Positions 39,970-49,504 of a stretch of DNA of 64,000 nucleotides are shown here, piece by piece (positions within the stretch are counted from its first letter, which is position 1; each line of letters starts with the position of its first letter). The notes beneath the pieces are model-generated. The model was not told where the DNA came from, searched no databases, and saw nothing but the letters and a program-made list of their open reading frames with translations. The stretch spans positions 124,001 through 188,000 of the IMG/VR virus record IMGVR_UViG_3300023313_000001. The stretch is one strand, 5' to 3'. The translations under genes and the position numbers were made by a program.

Positions 39970-41517
39970 ATGGCCAAAAATAGATTCAATATTAACCAAA
40001 CCGACTTTGCATGTAAGTCATGGCAGTTAACAAAAGCTAACGATATTGGTATCATTGATCAATATGGTGGTGAAGCCTTAGCTATTGGTGGTGCAGATTT
40101 AAATATATTTAAGTTACTCGGCGTGCATGAACAAGGTAAACTAGTTGATCTGACTGGAAATGGGGTTCCCATATCTGGTGGCACCGCTGGGGGATACACT
40201 GCATCGAACGCATTTATATCATCCACCTGTAACAATATATGGCGCTCATCCCAACAAGGACTCAATGATATAATAACAAATGCATACATTGGATATAATT
40301 TTGGAACTCCAAAATTGGACAATGGTAGAACTAGATATGGTGTGGATGTAGATATAAAAGAACACATTACCACTATCAAAATCCAACAAAGCTCCAACCC
40401 AGCGCGTCGTGTAACCTCTGCTAGAGTTGAACGGTCTGATGATGGCATAACTTGGCTTGGTGTTGCAATTGTATCTATTCCCGATGATGAACATCTAAAC
40501 CAAATCAGTTTCAAACAATCTGCAGCAACTAGGTATTGGAGACTTCGACCACTATCCTTTACTGGGACAGACGCAGATTTCTGGGAAATTATCACTCTGG
40601 AGTTAATCGATTGGGATGAAACAAACCTATTTCAGGTACAAGACGACTACGGATGGATAGAAAATAGAGATCGTGACTACGCAGATAAATCCATAACCAT
40701 TAAGGGGTTTTATGACCTGTATGAAAAGGAATCAGATCTGACACAATGGGGATTTGGAGCAACTGGCAGTTTGTATTACATGACTGTCAATTTTAATGAT
40801 GTGGTGAACAGAATTGGACGCCCTTTAGTTATAGGGGATATAATGGAAGTGCCCAGTGAGGCAATGTTTGACCCAAATATGACATCTATACAAAAATATC
40901 TCGAGGTCACTGATGTAAGTTGGTCGGCAGAAGGGTATGCGCCAGGGTGGCAACCAACTTTGCTACGAGTAATTGCTGAACCTATGTTAGCTAAACAAGA
41001 AACTCAGGATATAATAGGACACATGGCAGGAGCGATCGACCAAAGTGGACTATTGGAAATCGACCAGTCTAAATATTCCGAATTAGCAACTAACCAAAGT
41101 GAGCGAGCTAGAGAAAAGGCTGAACAAGAGGTACCACTACGTGGTGGAGATTCATCTGGACTAACATCATTTGAACAAGATGAAATAGCTCATTACCAAG
41201 ACTCCAATATAAACATTTCTAAAATAAGTGTTAACCAAAAAGGGCTATACGTTGAAGATGGCATCCCTAAAAACGGCGACTCCTATACTGAAGGGAACGA
41301 CTTCCCCCCAACTCCCAGTGACGGAGATTATCATAGACTAACATACAATGGGTTAGCGGAAGGAATGCCACCACGATTACATAGATTCTCTATTAAAAAA
41401 GGACGTTGGATATTCCTAGAAGCAGATAGGCGTGTCGAGTATGACCCCCAAAAACCTTCTTTACAAACTCTAAAAAATAGTAGAGATGCGATTTCAATGA
41501 AAAATTTGGGTAAATAA
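39970..41517 (+). CDS. gp14: Head-closure neck protein gp14-like with inserted discoidin-like domain
   Basis: GGADLNIFKLLGVHEQG, ENRDRDY, DLTQWG, RIGRPLVIGDIME, VSWSAEGY.PGW.PTL; late promoter CATAAATA 39932. Confidence 0.72.
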   Translation: MAKNRFNINQTDFACKSWQLTKANDIGIIDQYGGEALAIGGADLNIFKLLGVHEQGKLVDLTGNGVPISGGTAGGYTASNAFISSTCNNIWRSSQQGLNDIITNAYIGYNFGTPKLDNGRTRYGVDVDIKEHITTIKIQQSSNPARRVTSARVERSDDGITWLGVAIVSIPDDEHLNQISFKQSAATRYWRLRPLSFTGTDADFWEIITLELIDWDETNLFQVQDDYGWIENRDRDYADKSITIKGFYDLYEKESDLTQWGFGATGSLYYMTVNFNDVVNRIGRPLVIGDIMEVPSEAMFDPNMTSIQKYLEVTDVSWSAEGYAPGWQPTLLRVIAEPMLAKQETQDIIGHMAGAIDQSGLLEIDQSKYSELATNQSERAREKAEQEVPLRGGDSSGLTSFEQDEIAHYQDSNINISKISVNQKGLYVEDGIPKNGDSYTEGNDFPPTPSDGDYHRLTYNGLAEGMPPRLHRFSIKKGRWIFLEADRRVEYDPQKPSLQTLKNSRDAISMKNLGK

Positions 41518-41518
41518 T

Positions 41519-42649
41519 ATGGTACATCGTAATAGGTTTATTACTAAATCTACAAAGGTGCACAATCACAAATATGATTATTCATTTGTTGAGTACAAAA
41601 ACACCCACACTCACGTAACCATCGTGTGTCCAAAACACGGAAAATTTTCCCAACTACCCATGTGTCATGTGAGAGGTGAAGGGTGTGCCCAATGTTTTGG
41701 TAACACTAGAAAAACCACAGAAGAGTTTATACATACAGCCTCTCAAATTCACAAGGGAAGGTATGACTATTCGTTGGTAGAGTATATAAATGTTAAAACT
41801 AAAGTTGACATTATTTGCAAACACCATGGGGTATTTAAACAGTCGCCAGACCACCATATTAATAAAAAAGGTGGGTGTGCTAAATGTGCGGGTAATGTTG
41901 TTAAAACTACCCCCGAATTTATATCAAAAGCCTTAAAAATCCACGGAGCTGCATACGATTATTCTGAAGTTACATACATCAATAGTAAAACACCTGTGCG
42001 GTTGAAATGCTCTAAGCATGGGATATTTACAATCACACCAGAGCAACATATACTCAAACATGGTGGATGTGGCAAATGTTCACCCACATTTCCCAGCAAT
42101 ACTACTAACTTTATTCAACGTGCCACAAACGTACATAATCACAAATATGATTATTCATTAGTTGAGTATAAAAATATCGACACTCCAATAACTATAATCT
42201 GTCCAAAACACGGAAAATTTACAACATCTCCCAAAATACATTTAAGAGGATCTCAATGTAAACAATGTTATTTAGATCAGAAAGTAGGATCATATACTGT
42301 AGATAGATTTAGATGCGATCCTGCGTTAGCTCAATCATCAGGATATGTATATGCAGTGGAGTTAACAGATTTGTCGTCCACTAAATTTATCAAGATTGGT
42401 ATATCCACCAACTATAAAAAACGCATCAATCAATACGTTAAAATGAACCCAAATGTATTACATTTACATAAATCCACTTTAAAAGATGTTTTTGGTACTG
42501 AACAACAACTATTGCAATTGTTGGCAAATGAAAAATATGATCCCCAAAACAGTTTTGGTGGACATACTGAGTGTGTCCAGTACAATGATTATACTATAAA
42601 TACTATAAACTCAACATTTAACAACCTGGTGGAACGATGTCAAACATAG
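41519..42649 (+). CDS. Free-standing GIY-YIG (T5orf172-like) endonuclease with four Cys/His repeats
   Basis: 4x H..(K/R/A)YDYS.V.Y.N..T.V...C.(K/H)HG.F...P..H....C..C; GYVYAVEL...FIKIGISTNYKKR. Confidence 0.78.
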   Translation: MVHRNRFITKSTKVHNHKYDYSFVEYKNTHTHVTIVCPKHGKFSQLPMCHVRGEGCAQCFGNTRKTTEEFIHTASQIHKGRYDYSLVEYINVKTKVDIICKHHGVFKQSPDHHINKKGGCAKCAGNVVKTTPEFISKALKIHGAAYDYSEVTYINSKTPVRLKCSKHGIFTITPEQHILKHGGCGKCSPTFPSNTTNFIQRATNVHNHKYDYSLVEYKNIDTPITIICPKHGKFTTSPKIHLRGSQCKQCYLDQKVGSYTVDRFRCDPALAQSSGYVYAVELTDLSSTKFIKIGISTNYKKRINQYVKMNPNVLHLHKSTLKDVFGTEQQLLQLLANEKYDPQNSFGGHTECVQYNDYTINTINSTFNNLVERCQT

Positions 42650-43419
42650 AAACGTACTTTTATGATGAACAGTTTAAACGATATGCTCTACAGTTTAACG
42701 CAATCTTCAGTGGATTGCAAGTAATGGTTGGCAAATCAGCAACTTCAGATGAAAAATTAATTTCAGTACCGATCATCTATGGGTCGCAAGATCGAGTAGC
42801 ATCGGCCGCAGCCCATGGACACACTCAAAACAAACACCTGAGAGTTCCCATGATGTCGTCTAACTTGGTTAATTTTGATATAGCTAATGATAGAATGAAA
42901 GGCACTGGTGCTACAAAACGTGAAGTATTTGTTCCATTGGGTGGAGTTCTTCCAAATGATGCCAAAGTAGTTCGTACCCGTATGGCAGTTCCGTACGATT
43001 TAACGTTCGATTTAAGCATATACACCAGCAATAAAGATCAGCAATTTCAGATACTGGAACAGATACTAGTGTTGTTTGATCCTATTCTCCAAATTCAAAC
43101 ATCAGAAGCACACTTAGATCCCACTAAAATATCAACTGTTGAAATTATCAGTATTAACCCAGAAGAATCATTTCCACCTGGAACTGAATCACGTGTAATT
43201 GTTACTACAATACAGTTTAAAATAGACGCATACATCACCATCCCAGCCACAGTTAAAACTGACGTTGTACAACAGATATACGCCCGCATATCCACTATAT
43301 CAGATGCTCACGTAGGCATAGTCCAATCAGATGGTACTGCAAACGCGGATATCCCTGCGTTGTATGATGAGTTAGGAATTGAACCAACCATAATTGCCAC
43401 TGCATTTATTGATAACTAA
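42637..43419 (+). CDS. gp15: Tail terminator/sheath stabiliser
   Basis: YFYDEQFKRY, VPIIYG, VPYDLTFDLSIYTSNKDQQFQILEQILVLFDP. Confidence 0.88.
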   Translation: MSNIETYFYDEQFKRYALQFNAIFSGLQVMVGKSATSDEKLISVPIIYGSQDRVASAAAHGHTQNKHLRVPMMSSNLVNFDIANDRMKGTGATKREVFVPLGGVLPNDAKVVRTRMAVPYDLTFDLSIYTSNKDQQFQILEQILVLFDPILQIQTSEAHLDPTKISTVEIISINPEESFPPGTESRVIVTTIQFKIDAYITIPATVKTDVVQQIYARISTISDAHVGIVQSDGTANADIPALYDELGIEPTIIATAFIDN

Positions 43420-45173
43420 GTTTGCTCCCAGCCCCAAACATCATTCCCGCAGTCCCATATTCGGTCATAGTTATTGACTTGCATATTTTCCCACTCAGTC
43501 ATGGTAGAATCAAACGTCGCTAGCTTGTCTTTAAGTTTATGTTTCTGAAAAACGTTCCTAGACATCAATATATTGGTATCACCTTGAATGTTAAAGTAAA
43601 AATAATTAGGTTTTGATGTGTGGGAATAAGTAAATCCAAGCTGTCCATATAATCCACCTGTATTCCAGCGCTTATCAGAATACGTTATAATTGATTTGGG
43701 GTGCTGTGATTTTAAGAAATGTTTAAATAATCTACTGGCTCCTCCCACCACTCCACAACCCATTCGGTTACTATACCGAAGTAACTCATACTCATAATTT
43801 TTGGAAAACCGACTCTTCCCGAAAGTCATACATGCAACAATTTCACCATTGTGGGATAATCCATAATTATATCTTGATCCACACGACCCCTGAATATGAT
43901 TGGCTGATAGAAAGTCTCCTTTCTCCTTAACGGTTAACTCCACTATATTACACTGTCTCGCATAAATGCGACTTGATAAACCTAATAGATTACGTATACG
44001 TGATTTACATATATCATTATTGTACACCCATTCTGATGAAAATATTTGAACTAATCTCACACCAAGCTTGTTACACATATCAGTTTTATTAATGTGGTAT
44101 CTACTGTTTTTACCAGCCAGCTCACTATGCCAACAGACTCCATTATACTCAATAGCGATGTTTAAATCGGGTATGTATATGTCTAATTCCTGTGGAGCAA
44201 TAACGTTTCTAGTGTTAGATATAACTGTTTCCGAGTAAATGACTTTAATAAACGCCAATATTTCAGACTCTGCTACAGATGTAGCAGATTTGTTGAAACT
44301 AATATTAGATCCTTCTGTTATAGTATGGATGTAAGGAAGCGTAGTGTGTAATATGTGTGCTAGTTCAGATTTTGATAAATTATACTCCTTTACAATATCC
44401 TCCACCCAAGACCTGTTAGTTAATATAGTAGATGGATCAACATCCGCATACTGTTTTCGGAGGTCATCTAACACTTCACTGAACCGCTGTGACTTGGTGA
44501 TATTGTGTTTCTGTAGATTTGCTCTTACAAAATACGTGCTAGTATTGTGGCTATCTACCAGTTGATCAATAGTTTTATTGTTAATGATGTATTCGTTATA
44601 TAAGTAATCATAGCTATCAAATAGTTTACGTAGGTGTGGATCCACCATACTCCCAGCGAAAGTGGTTGCACCATATCGTCTTAGGTTGGTGATAGCAGAC
44701 TTTGCTGCTGCTACATCATCTGTGCCATTTTTAACTTTAGTAGCTCTAATTTTAGCTGCTATCGTTGGGTCTTTAGCTGGAATTTCAACTCCATATCTAG
44801 CCATATTGGTGATGGATGCTTGGGTTCTGTTGTTGAAATTTTCGTCACCGTATCTGAGTTTTTTCGTCTCTTTTACACGTTTCACATTATTAGGATCCTT
44901 CCAAGCACAATTATGACTGCAATACTGTTTGAATACACTATTTCGATAATCATAATTAGTAACATTATCACACATACCACATGCAGGCCTGGCAGTATGA
45001 CCATCCATCAGCACTCTGATTTTTAGCTTCATATCGTCACCTTCAATAAAATCTGTTGCATCATGTATTAATGAACAGACCCCAGGATTTTTATCTAATA
45101 TACTTTGGAACTTAGGATTTAACTTATGTTTGGATGTTATTATGTTTATATTACGAAGAATGTCCAAGTTCAT
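43416..45173 (-). CDS. Free-standing endonuclease, Vsr-like + Mom/GNAT-like fusion
   Basis: CGMC/YCSHNC, RYG repeats, ELDIYIPDLNIAIEYNGVCWHS, IYARQC...YELLRY...GGASRL...TYSDKRWN...RIWDCG. Confidence 0.78.
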   Translation of the reverse strand: MNLDILRNINIITSKHKLNPKFQSILDKNPGVCSLIHDATDFIEGDDMKLKIRVLMDGHTARPACGMCDNVTNYDYRNSVFKQYCSHNCAWKDPNNVKRVKETKKLRYGDENFNNRTQASITNMARYGVEIPAKDPTIAAKIRATKVKNGTDDVAAAKSAITNLRRYGATTFAGSMVDPHLRKLFDSYDYLYNEYIINNKTIDQLVDSHNTSTYFVRANLQKHNITKSQRFSEVLDDLRKQYADVDPSTILTNRSWVEDIVKEYNLSKSELAHILHTTLPYIHTITEGSNISFNKSATSVAESEILAFIKVIYSETVISNTRNVIAPQELDIYIPDLNIAIEYNGVCWHSELAGKNSRYHINKTDMCNKLGVRLVQIFSSEWVYNNDICKSRIRNLLGLSSRIYARQCNIVELTVKEKGDFLSANHIQGSCGSRYNYGLSHNGEIVACMTFGKSRFSKNYEYELLRYSNRMGCGVVGGASRLFKHFLKSQHPKSIITYSDKRWNTGGLYGQLGFTYSHTSKPNYFYFNIQGDTNILMSRNVFQKHKLKDKLATFDSTMTEWENMQVNNYDRIWDCGNDVWGWEQT

Positions 45174-45324
45174 TTTAGATATGTTCCAGTTACCGTGTCA
45201 GATGAGTATTTATACATACAATTATATATTACTTTTTGAATACCAACAACATAAATATATTTCTACAGGTAACACCGTTTTTGTTGGTCGAACTAACTAT
45301 CAGCATACACAAAGGAGAAAAATA

Positions 45325-47082
45325 ATGCCTACACTTATATCACCAGGAGTATCCGTCACAGTAACTGATGAGTCATTCTACGTCCCGGCATCAGCCCCTA
45401 CAGTTCCTATGATAATCATAGCTACTGCAGAGAATAAATTACAACCTAATGGAATTAGTGCTGCAATAGGAACTCAAGAACATGATGTTATTCGAACTGT
45501 AACTTCACTAACTCAAAGTTCACAACTTTATGGGATTCCGAAATTCTTACAGACTGTAAGTGGTGAAGCTCAGCATGGAGACGCACGCAACGAGTATGGA
45601 TTGCTAGCATTAAACCAATTCTTAGGAATAGGTAATCGTGCGTATGTAGTCCGAGCAAACGTGAATTTAAACGATGACAGAAACGACATCATCAACATGT
45701 GGCTAGCCAGAACTAATGCAGCTGCTATCAATATTGAAGTACTATCCCAAGAATTCATTAACGAATTTAATGCTGCTAATGGGTATGTTACAGGCAATCC
45801 CCTATTCAAAGAGACTATTACTCGAGTAGAACTAGTTACACTAATGAACCAGGTAATGGTTGCTGTGTATGACAGTTATAACTTTAATAGCACTATTTTT
45901 GAAACAGATTTCGAGTCTAACCACAACCCACTGCTAGGTGGCACGGCTGCCCTCAACGTGTATGATGCAACATACACTACTGTAGTAGCATCGTTCCTAG
46001 GGTTTGAGGGAGCTGCTCTTGACTGGGAAACTAACAGCTTGGGATCGTTTGTTGGTCATACTACCGAATGGCTACCATCAGAAGCAAATACATTCTTGTC
46101 GGGCTTAGCTGATGACTTCGCATTCACTGTTGAATTTCTTAATTCAACAAGTCTAGGTGCAAATGATCCAGCTCGTCGATCAGCCATCGTTACCGCATTA
46201 CAAGCAACTGTAAATTCCCCAGATATTAGATCTGAAGCATACGAATTCAACTTAGTCTTATGTCCAGGATACCACGAACTCGTTGATGAAATGGCTACCT
46301 TAGTAACCGATATTTCGAATGAAGCTGTGGTAATAGCAGATTCTCCAATGAACATGGATCCTGATGCTGTTGTAGTATGGATGGATGATCCAGTCAGTGG
46401 TCGAGTATACAACGCAAATGTTGCATACTACTACAGTCATGGGTATGGCTCTAATTTAGATGGCACCAACGTTCTCGGAGCAGCATCTGGAGTTGCATTG
46501 CGTACCATTGCATTTAGTGACGATACTACTAGTGCAGTTTGGTTTGCACCTGCTGGTGCCCAACGTGGCGTAGTCACTGGCGTATCTCAAATGGGTTATT
46601 ACACTGGAATTGCTGGATCAGCGACCCAGTTCAATGAAGCGGTACTTAACGTAGGTCAACGCGACAATATGTATAAGGACCCTACCAAACTAAACCCAAT
46701 AACATTTTTACCAGGTCGTGGTATTGTAGTGATGGGTCAAAAAACGTCTCCAGCAACCGCTAGCGCACTAGATCGTATAAATGTTGTTAGATTGATGGCT
46801 CACATCAAACGTCAATTACGCAAAAATACATTTGCGTTTGTTTTCGAACCTAACGATCAGTTAACCAGAGATAATCTCAAAGCGATGGTGGACAACTTCC
46901 TAGGAGATTTGGTTGTTCGTAGAGGCTTATATGATTTCGCCTCGGTATGCGATGAGTCAAATAATACTCCAGACAGAGTAGATCGAAATGAAATGTACAT
47001 AGACATAGCACTCAAACCTGTTAAGGCAGCCGAGTTCATATATGTGCCAATCCGCGTTCTATCAACTGGTGCTAGTTTGTAA
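45325..47082 (+). CDS. gp18: Contractile tail sheath protein (585 aa)
   Basis: MPTLISPGVSVTVTDES, WFAPAGAQRG, MGQKT...SALDRINVVRL, FVFEPND, CDESNNTP, KPVKAAEFIY; RBS AAGGAG and CATAAATA 45250 fix the start. Confidence 0.95.
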   Translation: MPTLISPGVSVTVTDESFYVPASAPTVPMIIIATAENKLQPNGISAAIGTQEHDVIRTVTSLTQSSQLYGIPKFLQTVSGEAQHGDARNEYGLLALNQFLGIGNRAYVVRANVNLNDDRNDIINMWLARTNAAAINIEVLSQEFINEFNAANGYVTGNPLFKETITRVELVTLMNQVMVAVYDSYNFNSTIFETDFESNHNPLLGGTAALNVYDATYTTVVASFLGFEGAALDWETNSLGSFVGHTTEWLPSEANTFLSGLADDFAFTVEFLNSTSLGANDPARRSAIVTALQATVNSPDIRSEAYEFNLVLCPGYHELVDEMATLVTDISNEAVVIADSPMNMDPDAVVVWMDDPVSGRVYNANVAYYYSHGYGSNLDGTNVLGAASGVALRTIAFSDDTTSAVWFAPAGAQRGVVTGVSQMGYYTGIAGSATQFNEAVLNVGQRDNMYKDPTKLNPITFLPGRGIVVMGQKTSPATASALDRINVVRLMAHIKRQLRKNTFAFVFEPNDQLTRDNLKAMVDNFLGDLVVRRGLYDFASVCDESNNTPDRVDRNEMYIDIALKPVKAAEFIYVPIRVLSTGASL

Positions 47083-47112
47083 TATAAGCTTGACCACAAT
47101 ATCAATATAGAG

Positions 47113-47151
47113 TATAAATACCTCAATAAAGTGATTTATTGAGGTATTTTT
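47113..47151 (+). promoter_or_regulatory. Late promoter overlapping a 15-bp hairpin that covers the downstream RBS (may also terminate sheath mRNA)
   Basis: TATAAATA 47113-47120; AAATACCTCAATAAA-GTGA-TTTATTGAGGTATTT 47116-47149. Confidence 0.75.
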
Positions 47152-47153
47152 AT

Positions 47154-48752
47154 ATGCAGGAAACGATACCATGCCAGATATGTGGAAAACACATGAAATG
47201 TATTGGGTGGAGACATTTACAACAACACAACACCACAGTTGACATATACAAACAACAATTTCCACAATCTCCTTTAAGGTCAGAAGCATCTACAGCTAGA
47301 AAATCGAAGTCTGCAAAACTTGCAAACGCCTCACGCAAGGGAGTAGCTAGATCTGATGTTGTGAAAACAAAAATATCACAAGCAAATAAAGGGAAGGATG
47401 CTTGGAATAAAGGCATAGGTATGTCTGACACTCAAAAACAAACACTTTCACAAACCAAGAAAGACCAATACGCAAATGGATCTACTATCCACTGGAATAC
47501 AGGCAATATAACTCCAAACGACGTCAAGAAAAAAATATCAGAAACAGCACTATCCCAATGTCGTACATACAGTGAACCTAGTAAACAAAAAAGACAATCT
47601 ACTATGCAGCAAAAATACGACGATGGATGGGTTCATCCTAGTCATCGTCCAGAGGTGCTTCAGCAACGCAAAAAAACAATGTTCGAACGATACGGCGTAG
47701 ATAATTTTATGCAACAACACATCAACCATTCGGTATTGTTAAAACTTAACGACCGTACCTGGTTAGAAGACCAACACATCACCCAACATAAACCAATCAC
47801 TCAAATTTGTAAGGATTTAGGATTACATTGGAAAAACAGCAATGCTATGGTTAAATCCCGGTTGCTTAAATTTGATATACCACAACAATATGACTTCTCA
47901 TGCTCTTATCCTGAACGTGAACTTAGAGACCTATTAACGGAATGGAATATACCCTTCATAGGGAATGATAGGACTCAGATTAAACCCAAAGAATTGGATA
48001 TATACATTCCATCCAAGTCAATAGCTATTGAATATTGTGGATTGATATGGCACTCGGATGCGTTTGTAGATAAGAACTACCACAAATTAAAAATGGAGCT
48101 ATGTGCTGCAGTAGGAATTAAGTTAATTACTATTTTTGAAGACGAGTGGTTGCATTGTCGTGATATAGTGATAAGTAAACTTCAACAGATACTTGGAATA
48201 TCAAACGATCAACGTATTTTTGCTCGCAACTGTAGTGTTATAGAAATTGAACACCAAACTGCTAAAGAGTTTCTGAACACTAATCACATTCAAGGATATG
48301 GACCATCTAGTATCAACTTAGGGTTGCATTATAATTCGGAATTAGTGGCAGTGGCAGCATATAAACGTGACGGATCCAGTGACTTTATACTAAACAGATT
48401 TGCAACATCGTGTAGTGTGATTGGCGGATTTACTAAGCTTGAACGGTACTTTGATCGTAATTACCATCCTACAATGGTGTCAACATTTGCTGACATGAGA
48501 TGGAGTATTGGAGACTTATACAAAAATACTGGATACACCTTAGTTAACCTGTTGCGTCCAGATTATGCATACATCGACAAATCTTCATTCACTAGAATAC
48601 ATAAATTCAACTTTCGACACCACAATTTACATAATATGTTGGACGTATACGACCCATTACTTAGCGAAACCGAGAATACCAGAGCTAATGGGATACACCG
48701 AATTTATAACTGTGGTTTAATGAAGTTTCAACGTACTAATATGTCCGAATAG
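47154..48752 (+). CDS. Free-standing endonuclease: C2H2 finger + NUMOD3-like + Vsr-like + Mom/GNAT-like
   Basis: CQICGK...HLQQH; KISQANKGKDAWNKG; ELDIYIPSKSIAIEYCGLIWHS; IFARNC...TFADMRWS...RIYNCG. Confidence 0.78.
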   Translation: MQETIPCQICGKHMKCIGWRHLQQHNTTVDIYKQQFPQSPLRSEASTARKSKSAKLANASRKGVARSDVVKTKISQANKGKDAWNKGIGMSDTQKQTLSQTKKDQYANGSTIHWNTGNITPNDVKKKISETALSQCRTYSEPSKQKRQSTMQQKYDDGWVHPSHRPEVLQQRKKTMFERYGVDNFMQQHINHSVLLKLNDRTWLEDQHITQHKPITQICKDLGLHWKNSNAMVKSRLLKFDIPQQYDFSCSYPERELRDLLTEWNIPFIGNDRTQIKPKELDIYIPSKSIAIEYCGLIWHSDAFVDKNYHKLKMELCAAVGIKLITIFEDEWLHCRDIVISKLQQILGISNDQRIFARNCSVIEIEHQTAKEFLNTNHIQGYGPSSINLGLHYNSELVAVAAYKRDGSSDFILNRFATSCSVIGGFTKLERYFDRNYHPTMVSTFADMRWSIGDLYKNTGYTLVNLLRPDYAYIDKSSFTRIHKFNFRHHNLHNMLDVYDPLLSETENTRANGIHRIYNCGLMKFQRTNMSE

Positions 48753-48828
48753 TTAAATCAATAGATCTTTCAACTCAACGCTAGTATAGTATAATATCAA
48801 ATGTGTGAAATATTTAGGAGATATTGCT

Positions 48829-49143
48829 ATGGACATTAACATCCAACTACAAGAACTACATAATAAAAACGATACTATAGGGAATAGTATCAATGAAGGC
48901 ATAATGCAAGCATTCAACAATCTGGATGATTCTGATAGAGAATACATTCAAAATGAGATCCAAGAAGGAGTGATGATTGCATTGGTAGATCACTTCATGG
49001 CAAACGAGATTACAGACTTCCGAGCAACATGTGACTCGACTAACAATCAAGATGTCGCAAATACCATCAATGTAGATGTGTGGTTTACTATGGCTGGAGA
49101 GACATCCGAAACCCATATATCACGGACATGTACCATCTGTTGA
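48829..49143 (+). CDS. Stand-alone protein resembling the tail-sheath C-terminal domain
   Basis: EITDFRATCDSTNNQDVANTINVDVWF vs sheath GLYDFASVCDESNNTPDRVDRNEMYIDIAL; RBS AGGAG. Confidence 0.55.
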   Translation: MDINIQLQELHNKNDTIGNSINEGIMQAFNNLDDSDREYIQNEIQEGVMIALVDHFMANEITDFRATCDSTNNQDVANTINVDVWFTMAGETSETHISRTCTIC

Positions 49144-49168
49144 CATAATCGGTTGATTTGAGTAGACT
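49140..49168 (+). promoter_or_regulatory. Sigma70-type promoter
   Basis: TTGACA-N17-TAGACT. Confidence 0.65.
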
Positions 49169-49231
49169 TATGTTCTCCCAAATTGTTCAACGTAACAATT
49201 TGGATTAACTCACTAACCGAAGGTAATACTC

Positions 49232-49468
49232 ATGACATCAAGTAATAACTCTAATAGTAAATCCAACAAGACCACTGTAATTAACCGAATCACTGCGTAT
49301 CTGGGCGGTCGAAAAACCAATGCAACCACTGTACAAATTATAAAAGCTGTTGGTGGTAATGTAGGAACGGTTAAAGCTCGATTATCCGACCTAACTCGCT
49401 CAGGAACTATCACTCGTGTGCTCAAGCAAAATAATGGCAAAAATGTGCCTACGTTCACTTTAAACTAA
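49232..49468 (+). CDS. Small basic winged-helix DNA-binding protein
   Basis: RITAYL...ATTVQIIKAVGGNVGTVKARLSDLTRSGTITRV...TFTL. Confidence 0.65.
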   Translation: MTSSNNSNSKSNKTTVINRITAYLGGRKTNATTVQIIKAVGGNVGTVKARLSDLTRSGTITRVLKQNNGKNVPTFTLN

Positions 49469-49504
49469 TCCAACTCCACAAGTAACCGCTGTATAAAAAG
49501 ACAA

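Noticed and set aside
45130-45324. 65-aa N-terminal extension of the sheath
   Set aside because: Overlaps the divergent gene and promoter; RBS and the conserved SPGV start point to 45325
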